A stretch of DNA of 20,000 nucleotides from an uncultured virus (IMG/VR IMGVR_UViG_3300010885_015975) (taxonomy: Duplodnaviria; Heunggongvirae; Uroviricota; Caudoviricetes), in the IMG/VR virus record IMGVR_UViG_3300010885_015975. One strand, written 5' to 3'. How positions within the stretch are numbered: the first letter of the stretch is position 1; every line of letters starts with the position of its first letter. The notes under the pieces are model-generated. The model worked only from the letters and a program-made list of their open reading frames with translations, did not search any database and was not told where the DNA came from. Below are positions 1 to 9,150 of the stretch, one piece after another. The position numbers and the translations under genes are program-made.

Positions 1-3000
1 AATCAAGCAATAAAAAATCTTAGAGGTACTGACAATTTTGCTAAAGCTGTTAAAGAACAAAAAGCTGCATTAGAAAATGAACTCATAGAAGATATCAGAA
101 ACATTCTTGAGCTTCCTGATAACTATTCATCTCTAATTATGCCGAATGGTACATTTATTCTCAAGGGTATTGCTGAAAAATTATCAGATAAAGTTTCAGA
201 GTACAATCCTAAGACTAATAAAATGACAGAAAATACTGGAGAAATTAGTCCTACAAGAGTATTAGAAGCAATGTATAACATATACAAACATGAATCTAAT
301 ATTGTAGGTAAGAAAACTCTAGGTCTTGGTGCTATTGAAAACACTTTCAATGTTATTATGAATTCACTTGGTGCTTATATGCCAGATGAATACACTTTAA
401 AGAAAGAGTTGAGAAAAAGTAACATGAGATTAAGAAACAATAAAATGACAGTAGACGGCAAAGAAGTCATCTCTATGTCAGATTTATATGATGTTGATGG
501 TATTAATAAGATAGGAGATGTTATTTCTCAAATGATGAATGGATGGGTGGATGTTGAAAAAGATGCTTGGATTTTCTTTATTCAAGGAAATTATGAGGTG
601 GCTCCAACATTGCTTTACTTAGTTAAAGCTGGTGTACCTGTTCAAGAAGCAATCTATTTTGTATCTAATCCATTGGTAAGAGAGTATGTAGATGAACAAC
701 GTCTTGCTAAGTCTACCTTTGCTGATGTACTTAATAAGAAACCAGATAGTCCAGGTTTAGTAAAATACAAAGCTGCATCTGAAGTTATTAGAAATCATTT
801 TGATAAAGCTGAGTTAGCTAAAAACTCTAGTAATGATGCTAGATACTTGAAAGGACAAGAGTTATTGGATGATCACTTTAAAAACAGAAAAGAAAAAACA
901 TTTACTGAAAGGGAAATGGAAGATCTTATTAACAGCAATGATAAAGATAGTGCAATTGCAAAAGCTATGTTCTTACATTATCTTGAGTTGGAGCAACAAA
1001 TTTCTGGATACACAGCACTTAAAATGAGTTCTAATCCAGATACAGCTACTAAGTCTACTCTTTCTGATGTAGAGCAAAGTGAGGCTAATATTGAAGAGTT
1101 AGAGTTTGATTCAAGAATTCCAAGAGAAATTTTGAATAGTATGATGAATGACTCTATCATTAGTTCTTTCTTTAACGGACCTATGGCCTTAGCTGTAAGT
1201 AGACCATTATTTAAATTAAGATACCACAAGCAGATTAGTGACTATTTAATTGCAAGAAAGAATCAGATTAAAAATGAACTTGAAACAACTTTCCCTGGTA
1301 AGAACATTGAAATGTTTAGCAATGTCTTCAGAAATGATATTGTAAGTTTCATTTTACAGAATGCCCTTAGAAAATACAAAGCTGAAGAAGGATTTATGTC
1401 TTTAAACATGGAGACTAAAATCCCTACTGCACTTGTAAAAGAACTTAAGAGAGGTGCATTTGTTAAAAGTGGTACTTTATATGTAGATGTTAAACAGTTG
1501 CAAAAAGAATTTAAAGCAAAAGCTTGGATTGAAGGATCAGATTCAGAAAATAGTTATGAAGATAGAGGCTTATACCCACTACATCCATCAACATTTATGA
1601 ATAATGAAGAAACAAACTTTAGTGAATATCAAAAATTTGTTTCAGAACGAGAATACTTAAGATCAATATACCCTCTTACAACGGACTACTCTACATCAGT
1701 AGAATTCCAAGAGGAACTAAAAACTACAAAAGAACTCTTACCTGATTTATCTAATGAAAAAGCTGTAAGATATACATATGAAAAACTATTGGCCATAAAA
1801 GCTTTAGATAACTCATATAACTTCTTCAACTTATTCCAAGATAGTGACAATGCTTTTGCTGTAAGAATGTCTAAGTTGTTACAAAATAATCCTGAGCTTG
1901 CAAAAGACTACCCAGTATTGAGTAAATTAAAACTTGATTCAGATAAAACTGAGACTGCATTCAATATCTTATTAGCTGATAAGGATTTTGACAATGATAA
2001 GTCAAATCTTTATAGTAATGATCTTAAAAGATTGGCTGATCCAACTGTACAAAAAGTTAGTGATCCACAAGAAAATGCTAGAATTAGTGACATGTTTAAG
2101 TACTTAAGCACATTTGCTTTCTTACAAACAGGTCTTAACAAAACTAAATTAAGCTTTACAAACATTGTTGACTACACAGACTTCTTAACTATTGTAGAAG
2201 ATGAGGTTGGTAAATTCACAGATGCATTAGATAAAAAAGGATTTACTGTATTAGACAATTTCTATGACCAGTTTATTAGACAAAACTCAGTTACTAATCT
2301 AAATAAAAATAGATTCAAAGACTATTTATCAGGTATGGATTATGCTAATCCTGAAAGAATTAGTCCTACAGTTACACCTACACCGCAAAGAGGTGAGCAA
2401 ACTGCTGAAGAAGACTCTACTAATATGGATACTACAGCTGAAGTAAAAAGACTTGGTTTGAGATCTACAGATAAAGAAGGAGTATTTATGTATAATGATA
2501 GCAATGCTAAAAACATATACTATTACACTAACATAGGTAAGAATAACCCGGATGTAGTGTTCATACACAACACAAGTGTGTATGAAATTAAACCTGAGCA
2601 AATTGCAAAAGGTACTAATCTAGGTGGTGCATCTAACTTTATGTCAGAAATACCTAGCATGTCTATTAATTTTCCAACTAATTTATTTGCAAGTGTTGTT
2701 AATGGTAAACAAGTTGAGCTTAGTCCTGACCAATACCAAACACTAAAAAATATTTGGGAAAAAAGAATTAATATAATCAAACAAATTCAAGATAAAGATG
2801 GTAAAATTGCATTTCCAGAGTATGGATTTGGTGATCCTAACATCATGCCTCAAGAATTATTTGTATATTTAAGTAAGAGGTTATTTGAAGAGTTTCAATA
2901 TGTTAATCCAGGTTCTACTAAGTATGACCAAATGAGAGACTTAGTGAGTGCAAGTCAAGGAATTTCAGATGCTGAAATATTAATACAATTGGAATTAGAA

Positions 3001-3024
3001 GAAGATCCGTTTAAATGTTCATAA
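1..3024 (+). CDS. Giant virion protein, C-terminal part of a crAss-like virion RNA polymerase (5'-partial)
   Basis: Frame 1 is open from base 1 (NQAIKNLRG...LENELIEDIRNILELPDNYSSLIMPNG), so the ATG at 139 is internal. The segments LENELIEDIRNILELPDNY..LI.P, GKKTLGLGAIENT and ISQMMNGWVDVEKDAW..IQGN..APTLLYLVKAG resemble, from memory, the regions downstream of the catalytic DxDxD motif in phi14:2 gp66-like vRNAPs. The catalytic motif itself is not in the window. It sits next to another giant ORF. Confidence 0.75.
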   Translation, partial: NQAIKNLRGTDNFAKAVKEQKAALENELIEDIRNILELPDNYSSLIMPNGTFILKGIAEKLSDKVSEYNPKTNKMTENTGEISPTRVLEAMYNIYKHESNIVGKKTLGLGAIENTFNVIMNSLGAYMPDEYTLKKELRKSNMRLRNNKMTVDGKEVISMSDLYDVDGINKIGDVISQMMNGWVDVEKDAWIFFIQGNYEVAPTLLYLVKAGVPVQEAIYFVSNPLVREYVDEQRLAKSTFADVLNKKPDSPGLVKYKAASEVIRNHFDKAELAKNSSNDARYLKGQELLDDHFKNRKEKTFTEREMEDLINSNDKDSAIAKAMFLHYLELEQQISGYTALKMSSNPDTATKSTLSDVEQSEANIEELEFDSRIPREILNSMMNDSIISSFFNGPMALAVSRPLFKLRYHKQISDYLIARKNQIKNELETTFPGKNIEMFSNVFRNDIVSFILQNALRKYKAEEGFMSLNMETKIPTALVKELKRGAFVKSGTLYVDVKQLQKEFKAKAWIEGSDSENSYEDRGLYPLHPSTFMNNEETNFSEYQKFVSEREYLRSIYPLTTDYSTSVEFQEELKTTKELLPDLSNEKAVRYTYEKLLAIKALDNSYNFFNLFQDSDNAFAVRMSKLLQNNPELAKDYPVLSKLKLDSDKTETAFNILLADKDFDNDKSNLYSNDLKRLADPTVQKVSDPQENARISDMFKYLSTFAFLQTGLNKTKLSFTNIVDYTDFLTIVEDEVGKFTDALDKKGFTVLDNFYDQFIRQNSVTNLNKNRFKDYLSGMDYANPERISPTVTPTPQRGEQTAEEDSTNMDTTAEVKRLGLRSTDKEGVFMYNDSNAKNIYYYTNIGKNNPDVVFIHNTSVYEIKPEQIAKGTNLGGASNFMSEIPSMSINFPTNLFASVVNGKQVELSPDQYQTLKNIWEKRINIIKQIQDKDGKIAFPEYGFGDPNIMPQELFVYLSKRLFEEFQYVNPGSTKYDQMRDLVSASQGISDAEILIQLELEEDPFKCS

Positions 3025-3025
3025 T

Positions 3026-6000
3026 ATGGTATGCCAGGTACAATTAAATTCAATTAAGTTTTTACAAGATAAAGGAGCTACAAATGATGTTAGAAGAATC
3101 ATCAATGAAGATCTTTTTGATAAGTTAAATGATCAGATAACAGCATTAGCTGAAACAAAGTATGGTTTAAAAACTGATGGTACTAAGTTATTTAGTATGA
3201 ACATGTCTGAGCATGTGGATCCACAAAGATCTACCTACTACAGAGATGCTAAGGTTAGAATACTTAGAGCTGAACCTAACGTAAAACTTTTTGAGAGATT
3301 ACAGGACTTGTATAATGCAAGACCAGATGATGCAATGATGATTAAAGATATGCCAAATGCTTTAGATAATCCTAAAGTAGATCAATCTTTACAAAAGATC
3401 AATGGTGTATTATTTATGGATGTTAAACTTGATGAATTACAAAGTCAAAGATCACAAGAAATTGCTGAAGTACTTGCACAAAGACTATCTAAAGGTATTG
3501 GTGCACAATTTGAAAACATTACACAAGAAGAGGCTGCTAACATTTTAAAAAACAGAGCCGTTAAATACAATGGAGAAGCAGCATTCTATTATGCTGGCAC
3601 TGTATATATAGTAGGTGACAATGTAAATGTAAGAACGGTGCTTCACGAATTCTCTCACCCGATATTACAGGGACTGAGAAAAACAAACAACATCCTATTT
3701 CAGAAACTATATGATCAAGCATTAGCTACAGAAGAAGGTCAAGGTATTAAGTACTATGTACTAAATAACTATCCTGAACTAGAAGAGAACTCTGATTTAT
3801 TTAAGGAAGAAGTTCTTGCATATGCTATGCAGTTAAGAGCATTGAATAGAATCAATAATGAACTAGAGACAGAAGGTTACCAAAGTTTCATGAACAAGTT
3901 ATTGGCTGCTATTAAACAGTTGTTGAGAGGCTTGTTTGGAGCAAAGGTAAACGTGGCAAAACTAGATGTGGATACTACATTAGAGGAGTTATCAGATATG
4001 CTCTTAGATAAAGACTTTGAGTTTAAAACTGATAATATTACTGAAGAGGATCTGGTTATGTTCTCACGGAATGTTGTTGACCGAGCAAAAGAACTAAATA
4101 AGTTTTCTAATGCAGAGTCACAACTCAAAGTAGTCAGGGAAATATATGAAACCAATAGAAGAATTCTTACAGAAGCTGAGAACTTTAAAGGAGACAAAGC
4201 TTCAAAAAAATTCTTAAAGGAGTCATTATTTGAAAAGGGAACAAATAGATACTTACGTGAAGTTGTTAGTACACTAAAAGACAATCTTAATGTAGACACT
4301 GAAAGTTTTACAGAAGATGAAATGATTCAAAATGCATTAGATGCTGCTAAAGGGGCCCTAGATGTAGACCTTCAAAGAGCAGTAGCATTGGTAAATACAT
4401 TAGATAATATCAACAGCATGACCCAAAACATGTTACTTGATGTTTCAAGAATCAGCAATACCAATATAAACAATAGAAGTACTATTGCTTTGTTGATGTT
4501 ATACAAACAAAATTCAAAAGCATGGTTGAAAATGATTCAAGCAATTGATGATTCTCTTTCACCAAATGGTCAGTTGATTGAAAGTAATAATCCTTTCTAT
4601 CAAACCTTGAATGAGATAGTATTAAACATTACAAGAATCAATACCAATATTGCAAATATCCTTAAGAACAATAACATACAGTTCTATGTAGAAATTACTG
4701 GATACATGTCTAAGTATATTCAAGATAGACTTAAAGGTAACCTTGGTATTGCATTAAAACAAACTTTCTCTGCAGATCAGTTAGAGAAAGAAGTTGATGA
4801 CTTATATAACAAAGTTGTTCAACAAACTCTTACTGATGCTGATGTGGATGCATTAGTACAGAAAGGTATTCCTGCGGATGTTTTAAAAGGATTTCTCAAG
4901 GAATACAAGGATTTAGTTGTTGATGAAGATAAGATTAGAGCAGCTCTTACAGGAGGAGCTCAAGATGTTAGTTGGTTTAATAGATGGTTAGAAAGCTATA
5001 GTTCAAGTAATGATGTTATAGTAGGACCATTAGCAATGTTTATTCAGAATGAAAGAACCCAGGTACAAAATGTTGTTTGGGAACAATCCATGAAATTCAG
5101 AAAGAAACTAGAAGAGCTTTTACCTAAAGTAGGATTTAGTAAACTAAACTCTATTCAGTTAAGAGACAAGCTTGCATTCAAAGATAAGATACTTTATTTT
5201 GATAAAGAAACCGGTAAACCTATTGAAAAAGAAGTTTACGCTTATCTAGATAAATACAAAGACTATAGATACCACTATGATTTATTAGAGTGGAACATAG
5301 AAGAAGCAAAGAAAACTGAAGATCAAACAAAACTTGCTGATGCACTTATGGAGTTTGAGCAGTTTAAAAGAGATTTCATGTGGCAAGAGTATGTGCCAGA
5401 GTTCTATGAGAAAGATGATATCTTTAAAAAGTCTGAGGTAGGTAAATTAGCATACTTTGTTAGAAAGCAAAAGCTGCAAGCTTACAACAACTTACTAAAC
5501 AGTATGGAGAATGAGTATGAGAGATTTGAAAAATACTCTACTATTCAAGCTGCATTTAGAGAATTCCAACAATTATATTCTCTTACTTATGAAGATGGTA
5601 CTTCTAAAGTAGATGATCCAGAGAATGGAATCTATGACTTAAGTATTGCTGAAGTTTTACAAGAACATAGAGCTGCTACAAAAGGTTTCTATGAGTGGAG
5701 ACCTATTGAAGGATTACTACAAAGTGCATACAATGAGTTTGCAGATTTATTAGAAACTAAAGAAATCTATCCTGGTTCAGCAGACTTTAAAGCTGAGTTA
5801 GAGAAATGGAGAAGACAAAATCTTAGGATGGAGTATGATCCTAGTTACTGGGAAAGTAGAAATGCATTAGTAACAGAACTTAGAGAACTACAAACTAGAA
5901 TGAATGAAGCTACTAAATCTAAATTTGATGTAGCTGAAGCATTCCAAACTATTAATGATCTTATTTATAGTTACAGGGATGAGCAAGGGGAACCTGATAG

Positions 6001-8965
6001 CAATGCTATGGGTCAAACAAGACTTGAAAGAATCAGAGATTTAGAACAATATATTGTAGATTTTAAATTTAGATTTGATTCTTCCACGGGCCTCTCTAAA
6101 GAAGACTCCGAAGAGTTAAGAGAACTATCAGAAAAAGCTAGAAAAGGATTACTACAAGCTGGGTCTGCAGAATCTAAAAGATACATGTATCTATTAGACT
6201 TACTAAATGCACAAGGAATTAGTCCTGAAGATTCAGCTAGAATTCAAGATATCTTCTCTGAGTTATCTGACTTATCTGTAAACATGCCTACTACATATTA
6301 CGTAGAGACATTAAATTACAATTTGTCTAAACAAAATATTAAAGAGTTAGAGATTGATGAGATTGATGACTTTATCAATACTGAAGAGTTTGAAGAAATG
6401 TTAGAAGCTGATGAGGCATTCAAAAGTTGGTTTAACACAAATCATTATGTGATTCAAAAGTATGATAAACCAACTAGAGCATACATTGCTAGATACAAAA
6501 GAACAAAAGCTAATACTGTTTCTATACCTAAAGATGAAAGTAACATCAAGTTTACTAAAATTTTAGATAGAAATGGAGAAGAAGTTGTTCTTATGGGTGT
6601 ACCTAATGCAAGACATTCTAGATATCAGGTTAAAGATGCATACAGAACTATCCCATTTGGTGAAGCAAAATCAGATTATGTAGGTAAGTATATTGATAAT
6701 AAAAATCAATGGTTACCAAGACTTTATGATCCAACTTCAAAATACAGTGCTCGTGACAAAAGATTCATGAATGAAAAGTATTTTCAAATGCAAGCTGCTA
6801 ATAGTAATGAGTTTAAGTTACTTGAAGCAATTAAAGAATATCATTTAGAAAATCAAAAAGGACAAAGTAGTTATAGTAAGTTATATCTTGACATGCCTAG
6901 ATATGCTCTTAAAAAAGGAGACATATACCAAGCAATGCAAAAAGGTGCTTATGGTCAGAGGTTTTCTGAATTAGGGGCAAATGTAAAGGAGTGGTATAAT
7001 CAAGCATTAGGTAAATCTGTAATGGATGCTGAGAATGACTTAAACTATAATCCTGAAAACAACTTAGTAAATACTGATCTTGATGGAAATCAAATATCAT
7101 ACGTACCAGTATCTGGTATCTATAATTTAGACATTGCTGTACAAGATGCTGATGTTTTCCAAGGATTATTTAGATATGCATTGTCTGTACAAACACAAGG
7201 AAAACTTCTAGAAAGTTTACCTCTTGTACAAAGTATCTTAGACACTTTAGAGGATCCTGATAATGCTCCTAAAGAATTAGAGAAGTTTGATAAGAATATC
7301 TATAGTTTAAAAGGGACCCTTACAAATGCAAAGAAAAAGTTTGCAACTAATAATAGACTTGGTCAAGTAAAATCTTTAATTGAAAGAGAATACTACGGTA
7401 AGATGGTTGAGGGTATTGAGGAAACTCACCCTGGATTTGGTAAATGGATAAATCAACTTCAAAGTTTATCTGCTATGGGTTCATTAGCTGTCAATATTCC
7501 TTCTGATTTAAAAAACAAATACGGTGCTTATGTACAGTTGATCATTGAAGGTGCAGGTGCTGAGTTTATTAATCTTAAAGATATTGCATTAGCACGACCT
7601 TGGGCAGAAAGAGCTATGTTAGAATGGTCAACAAAAGGCATCTATCAAACAGGACCTGGAGCTATATCTACACAGTTAATTCAGATCTTTGATCCTACCT
7701 TTAAATCTAAAGACCAATTCGGTAGAGAGATAGAGAGATCATTAGTAAAAGATCTAGTTAATATGGAGTGGATGTACATGCACAGAAAATTTGGTGAGAT
7801 GCAAGTTGCAGTTTCATTATTTGGTGCTTTTATGTATGGACAAAAAATAGATCAAATTCTTGGTGACGGTACTAAAAAATCAATGAGATACATTGAAGCT
7901 TGGGAAAAAGATGATGATGGTATTATTAGGTTAAAAAAAGGAGTACACCCAGGATGGAATAATCTTTCTGTTTATCATGAGTATGTTAAAGGTGAAACTT
8001 TAGCAGAAATTGCTAAAAAGTATTACATAAGTGTTGATGAGCTTAAAGCTAAGAACAGGATTAAATCTGAAGTACAGCTTGAAGATGGTCAAGAACTTAT
8101 TATTGCTAAGTCAGAGTTATTTATGGGACTTAAGAATAGAATTCAAGGTACTTCAAGAAAACTATTTGGTACATATGATGAAATGGGACAACCTGAAGGT
8201 AATAAGTTATTACTCTACAGAATGTTTTTCTTTATGAGAAAATGGTTTACACCTATGTTAATGAATAGAGTTGGTTTTGATACTAAAACTATTTCATGGA
8301 CCGGTGGTGGTGAGAGATATGACTGGGCTACAACATCTTACGGTAAAGGTTTTTACATAACAGCATTTCAAACAATGCTTAAAACTATGAAATCTGGTTT
8401 TAAAAACTATAGTTATTTAACAGAACAAGAAAAAAGTGCTGTAAGAAAAATGGCCGGAGAAGGATTCTTTGCAATTGGTCTTGCTCTATTATCATTAATG
8501 TTGTTTGGATTTGATCCAGAGGATGATGATAAATGGAAAAAATTAAGAGCTAAGTCTGGTGCAATTAATGAAGATAGTTTTAATACTTATGGGTTCTTAG
8601 CAAACCACATGTTACTATTAGCAATGGGTGTTCAAGCAGAGTCTAGTGCATTTGTTCCATTACCTAATATAAAAGGAATAAACTTTGGGTCAGATGACTA
8701 TGTAAAAATGATCACACAAACAACAACATCATGGTATAACACTGTTGTACTTTATATTGATATATTTGGAGACGTGTTAGACTTTGTAACATTTTCAGAA
8801 ATGGATAGATATAAAAGAGATACTGGACCTTATTCTTGGAAACAAGAAGGGGAACTAAAGATTTGGAGTAAATTAGGTAAGATATTTGGTTTATCCGGAG
8901 GTACTGGGGATCCAGTTACACAATTTGAAAATATGGTTAAAAACAGTTCTAAAAGAGGAAGTTAA
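3026..8965 (+). CDS. 1979-aa probable virion ejection/cargo protein with zincin-like HExxH domain, LysM domain and C-terminal hydrophobic helices
   Basis: Long ORF starting 1 nt after the upstream stop. TVLHEFSHP (3644-3658) plus downstream FKEEVLA is a zincin-like signature. A LysM-like segment lies at ~7973-8104. Hydrophobic stretches include GFFAIGLALLSLMLFGF (8462-8512) and GFLANHMLLLAMGV. The body is mostly helical/charged, as in podophage-type ejection proteins. Confidence 0.75.
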   Translation: MVCQVQLNSIKFLQDKGATNDVRRIINEDLFDKLNDQITALAETKYGLKTDGTKLFSMNMSEHVDPQRSTYYRDAKVRILRAEPNVKLFERLQDLYNARPDDAMMIKDMPNALDNPKVDQSLQKINGVLFMDVKLDELQSQRSQEIAEVLAQRLSKGIGAQFENITQEEAANILKNRAVKYNGEAAFYYAGTVYIVGDNVNVRTVLHEFSHPILQGLRKTNNILFQKLYDQALATEEGQGIKYYVLNNYPELEENSDLFKEEVLAYAMQLRALNRINNELETEGYQSFMNKLLAAIKQLLRGLFGAKVNVAKLDVDTTLEELSDMLLDKDFEFKTDNITEEDLVMFSRNVVDRAKELNKFSNAESQLKVVREIYETNRRILTEAENFKGDKASKKFLKESLFEKGTNRYLREVVSTLKDNLNVDTESFTEDEMIQNALDAAKGALDVDLQRAVALVNTLDNINSMTQNMLLDVSRISNTNINNRSTIALLMLYKQNSKAWLKMIQAIDDSLSPNGQLIESNNPFYQTLNEIVLNITRINTNIANILKNNNIQFYVEITGYMSKYIQDRLKGNLGIALKQTFSADQLEKEVDDLYNKVVQQTLTDADVDALVQKGIPADVLKGFLKEYKDLVVDEDKIRAALTGGAQDVSWFNRWLESYSSSNDVIVGPLAMFIQNERTQVQNVVWEQSMKFRKKLEELLPKVGFSKLNSIQLRDKLAFKDKILYFDKETGKPIEKEVYAYLDKYKDYRYHYDLLEWNIEEAKKTEDQTKLADALMEFEQFKRDFMWQEYVPEFYEKDDIFKKSEVGKLAYFVRKQKLQAYNNLLNSMENEYERFEKYSTIQAAFREFQQLYSLTYEDGTSKVDDPENGIYDLSIAEVLQEHRAATKGFYEWRPIEGLLQSAYNEFADLLETKEIYPGSADFKAELEKWRRQNLRMEYDPSYWESRNALVTELRELQTRMNEATKSKFDVAEAFQTINDLIYSYRDEQGEPDSNAMGQTRLERIRDLEQYIVDFKFRFDSSTGLSKEDSEELRELSEKARKGLLQAGSAESKRYMYLLDLLNAQGISPEDSARIQDIFSELSDLSVNMPTTYYVETLNYNLSKQNIKELEIDEIDDFINTEEFEEMLEADEAFKSWFNTNHYVIQKYDKPTRAYIARYKRTKANTVSIPKDESNIKFTKILDRNGEEVVLMGVPNARHSRYQVKDAYRTIPFGEAKSDYVGKYIDNKNQWLPRLYDPTSKYSARDKRFMNEKYFQMQAANSNEFKLLEAIKEYHLENQKGQSSYSKLYLDMPRYALKKGDIYQAMQKGAYGQRFSELGANVKEWYNQALGKSVMDAENDLNYNPENNLVNTDLDGNQISYVPVSGIYNLDIAVQDADVFQGLFRYALSVQTQGKLLESLPLVQSILDTLEDPDNAPKELEKFDKNIYSLKGTLTNAKKKFATNNRLGQVKSLIEREYYGKMVEGIEETHPGFGKWINQLQSLSAMGSLAVNIPSDLKNKYGAYVQLIIEGAGAEFINLKDIALARPWAERAMLEWSTKGIYQTGPGAISTQLIQIFDPTFKSKDQFGREIERSLVKDLVNMEWMYMHRKFGEMQVAVSLFGAFMYGQKIDQILGDGTKKSMRYIEAWEKDDDGIIRLKKGVHPGWNNLSVYHEYVKGETLAEIAKKYYISVDELKAKNRIKSEVQLEDGQELIIAKSELFMGLKNRIQGTSRKLFGTYDEMGQPEGNKLLLYRMFFFMRKWFTPMLMNRVGFDTKTISWTGGGERYDWATTSYGKGFYITAFQTMLKTMKSGFKNYSYLTEQEKSAVRKMAGEGFFAIGLALLSLMLFGFDPEDDDKWKKLRAKSGAINEDSFNTYGFLANHMLLLAMGVQAESSAFVPLPNIKGINFGSDDYVKMITQTTTSWYNTVVLYIDIFGDVLDFVTFSEMDRYKRDTGPYSWKQEGELKIWSKLGKIFGLSGGTGDPVTQFENMVKNSSKRGS
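7973..8104 (+). other. LysM domain within the 1979-aa protein
   Basis: YHEYVKGETLAEIAKKYYISVDELKAKNRIKSEVQLEDGQELII matches the LysM pattern (V..GdTL..IA.kyg.s..eL...N.......l..Gq.L.i). Confidence 0.85.
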
Positions 8966-8967
8966 AA

Positions 8968-9111
8968 ATGGCAAAAAAAATAACAACAGGATTAATAAAA
9001 AAGCATGATAAAGTAAAGGTATCACGTCCTGGGATACATTCAAAAACTAAATCATCTAAACTTAAGAGTTCAAAGAATTATAAAAAAAGATATAATTCTC
9101 AAGGAAAGTAA
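8968..9111 (+). CDS. 47-aa highly basic small protein (missed by the ORF track)
   Basis: ATG at 8968, 2 nt after the upstream stop, TAA at 9109-9111, terminator immediately after. Translation: MAKKITTGLIKKHDKVKVSRPGIHSKTKSSKLKSSKNYKKRYNSQGK (14 K, 2 R, 1 D). Confidence 0.8.
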   Translation: MAKKITTGLIKKHDKVKVSRPGIHSKTKSSKLKSSKNYKKRYNSQGK

Positions 9112-9116
9112 CAAGG

Positions 9117-9150
9117 AAAAAAAAAGGGAACCGTTAAGTCCCCTTTATTT
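9117..9150. terminator. Bidirectional intrinsic terminator between the convergent gene blocks
   Basis: On the - strand: stem AAAGGGGAC, loop TTAACG, stem GTTCCCTTT, then a T run. On the + strand the hairpin is followed by TTTATTT. It lies exactly between the + stop (9111) and the - stop (9149). Confidence 0.85.

Noticed and set aside
123..8237. Short ORFs 123-350, 978-1229, 2329-2601, 2523-2780, 3877-4299, 6909-7100 (-) and 8031-8237 (+)
   Set aside because: They lie antisense to or out of frame within the two giant genes and have shadow-ORF composition with no motifs.
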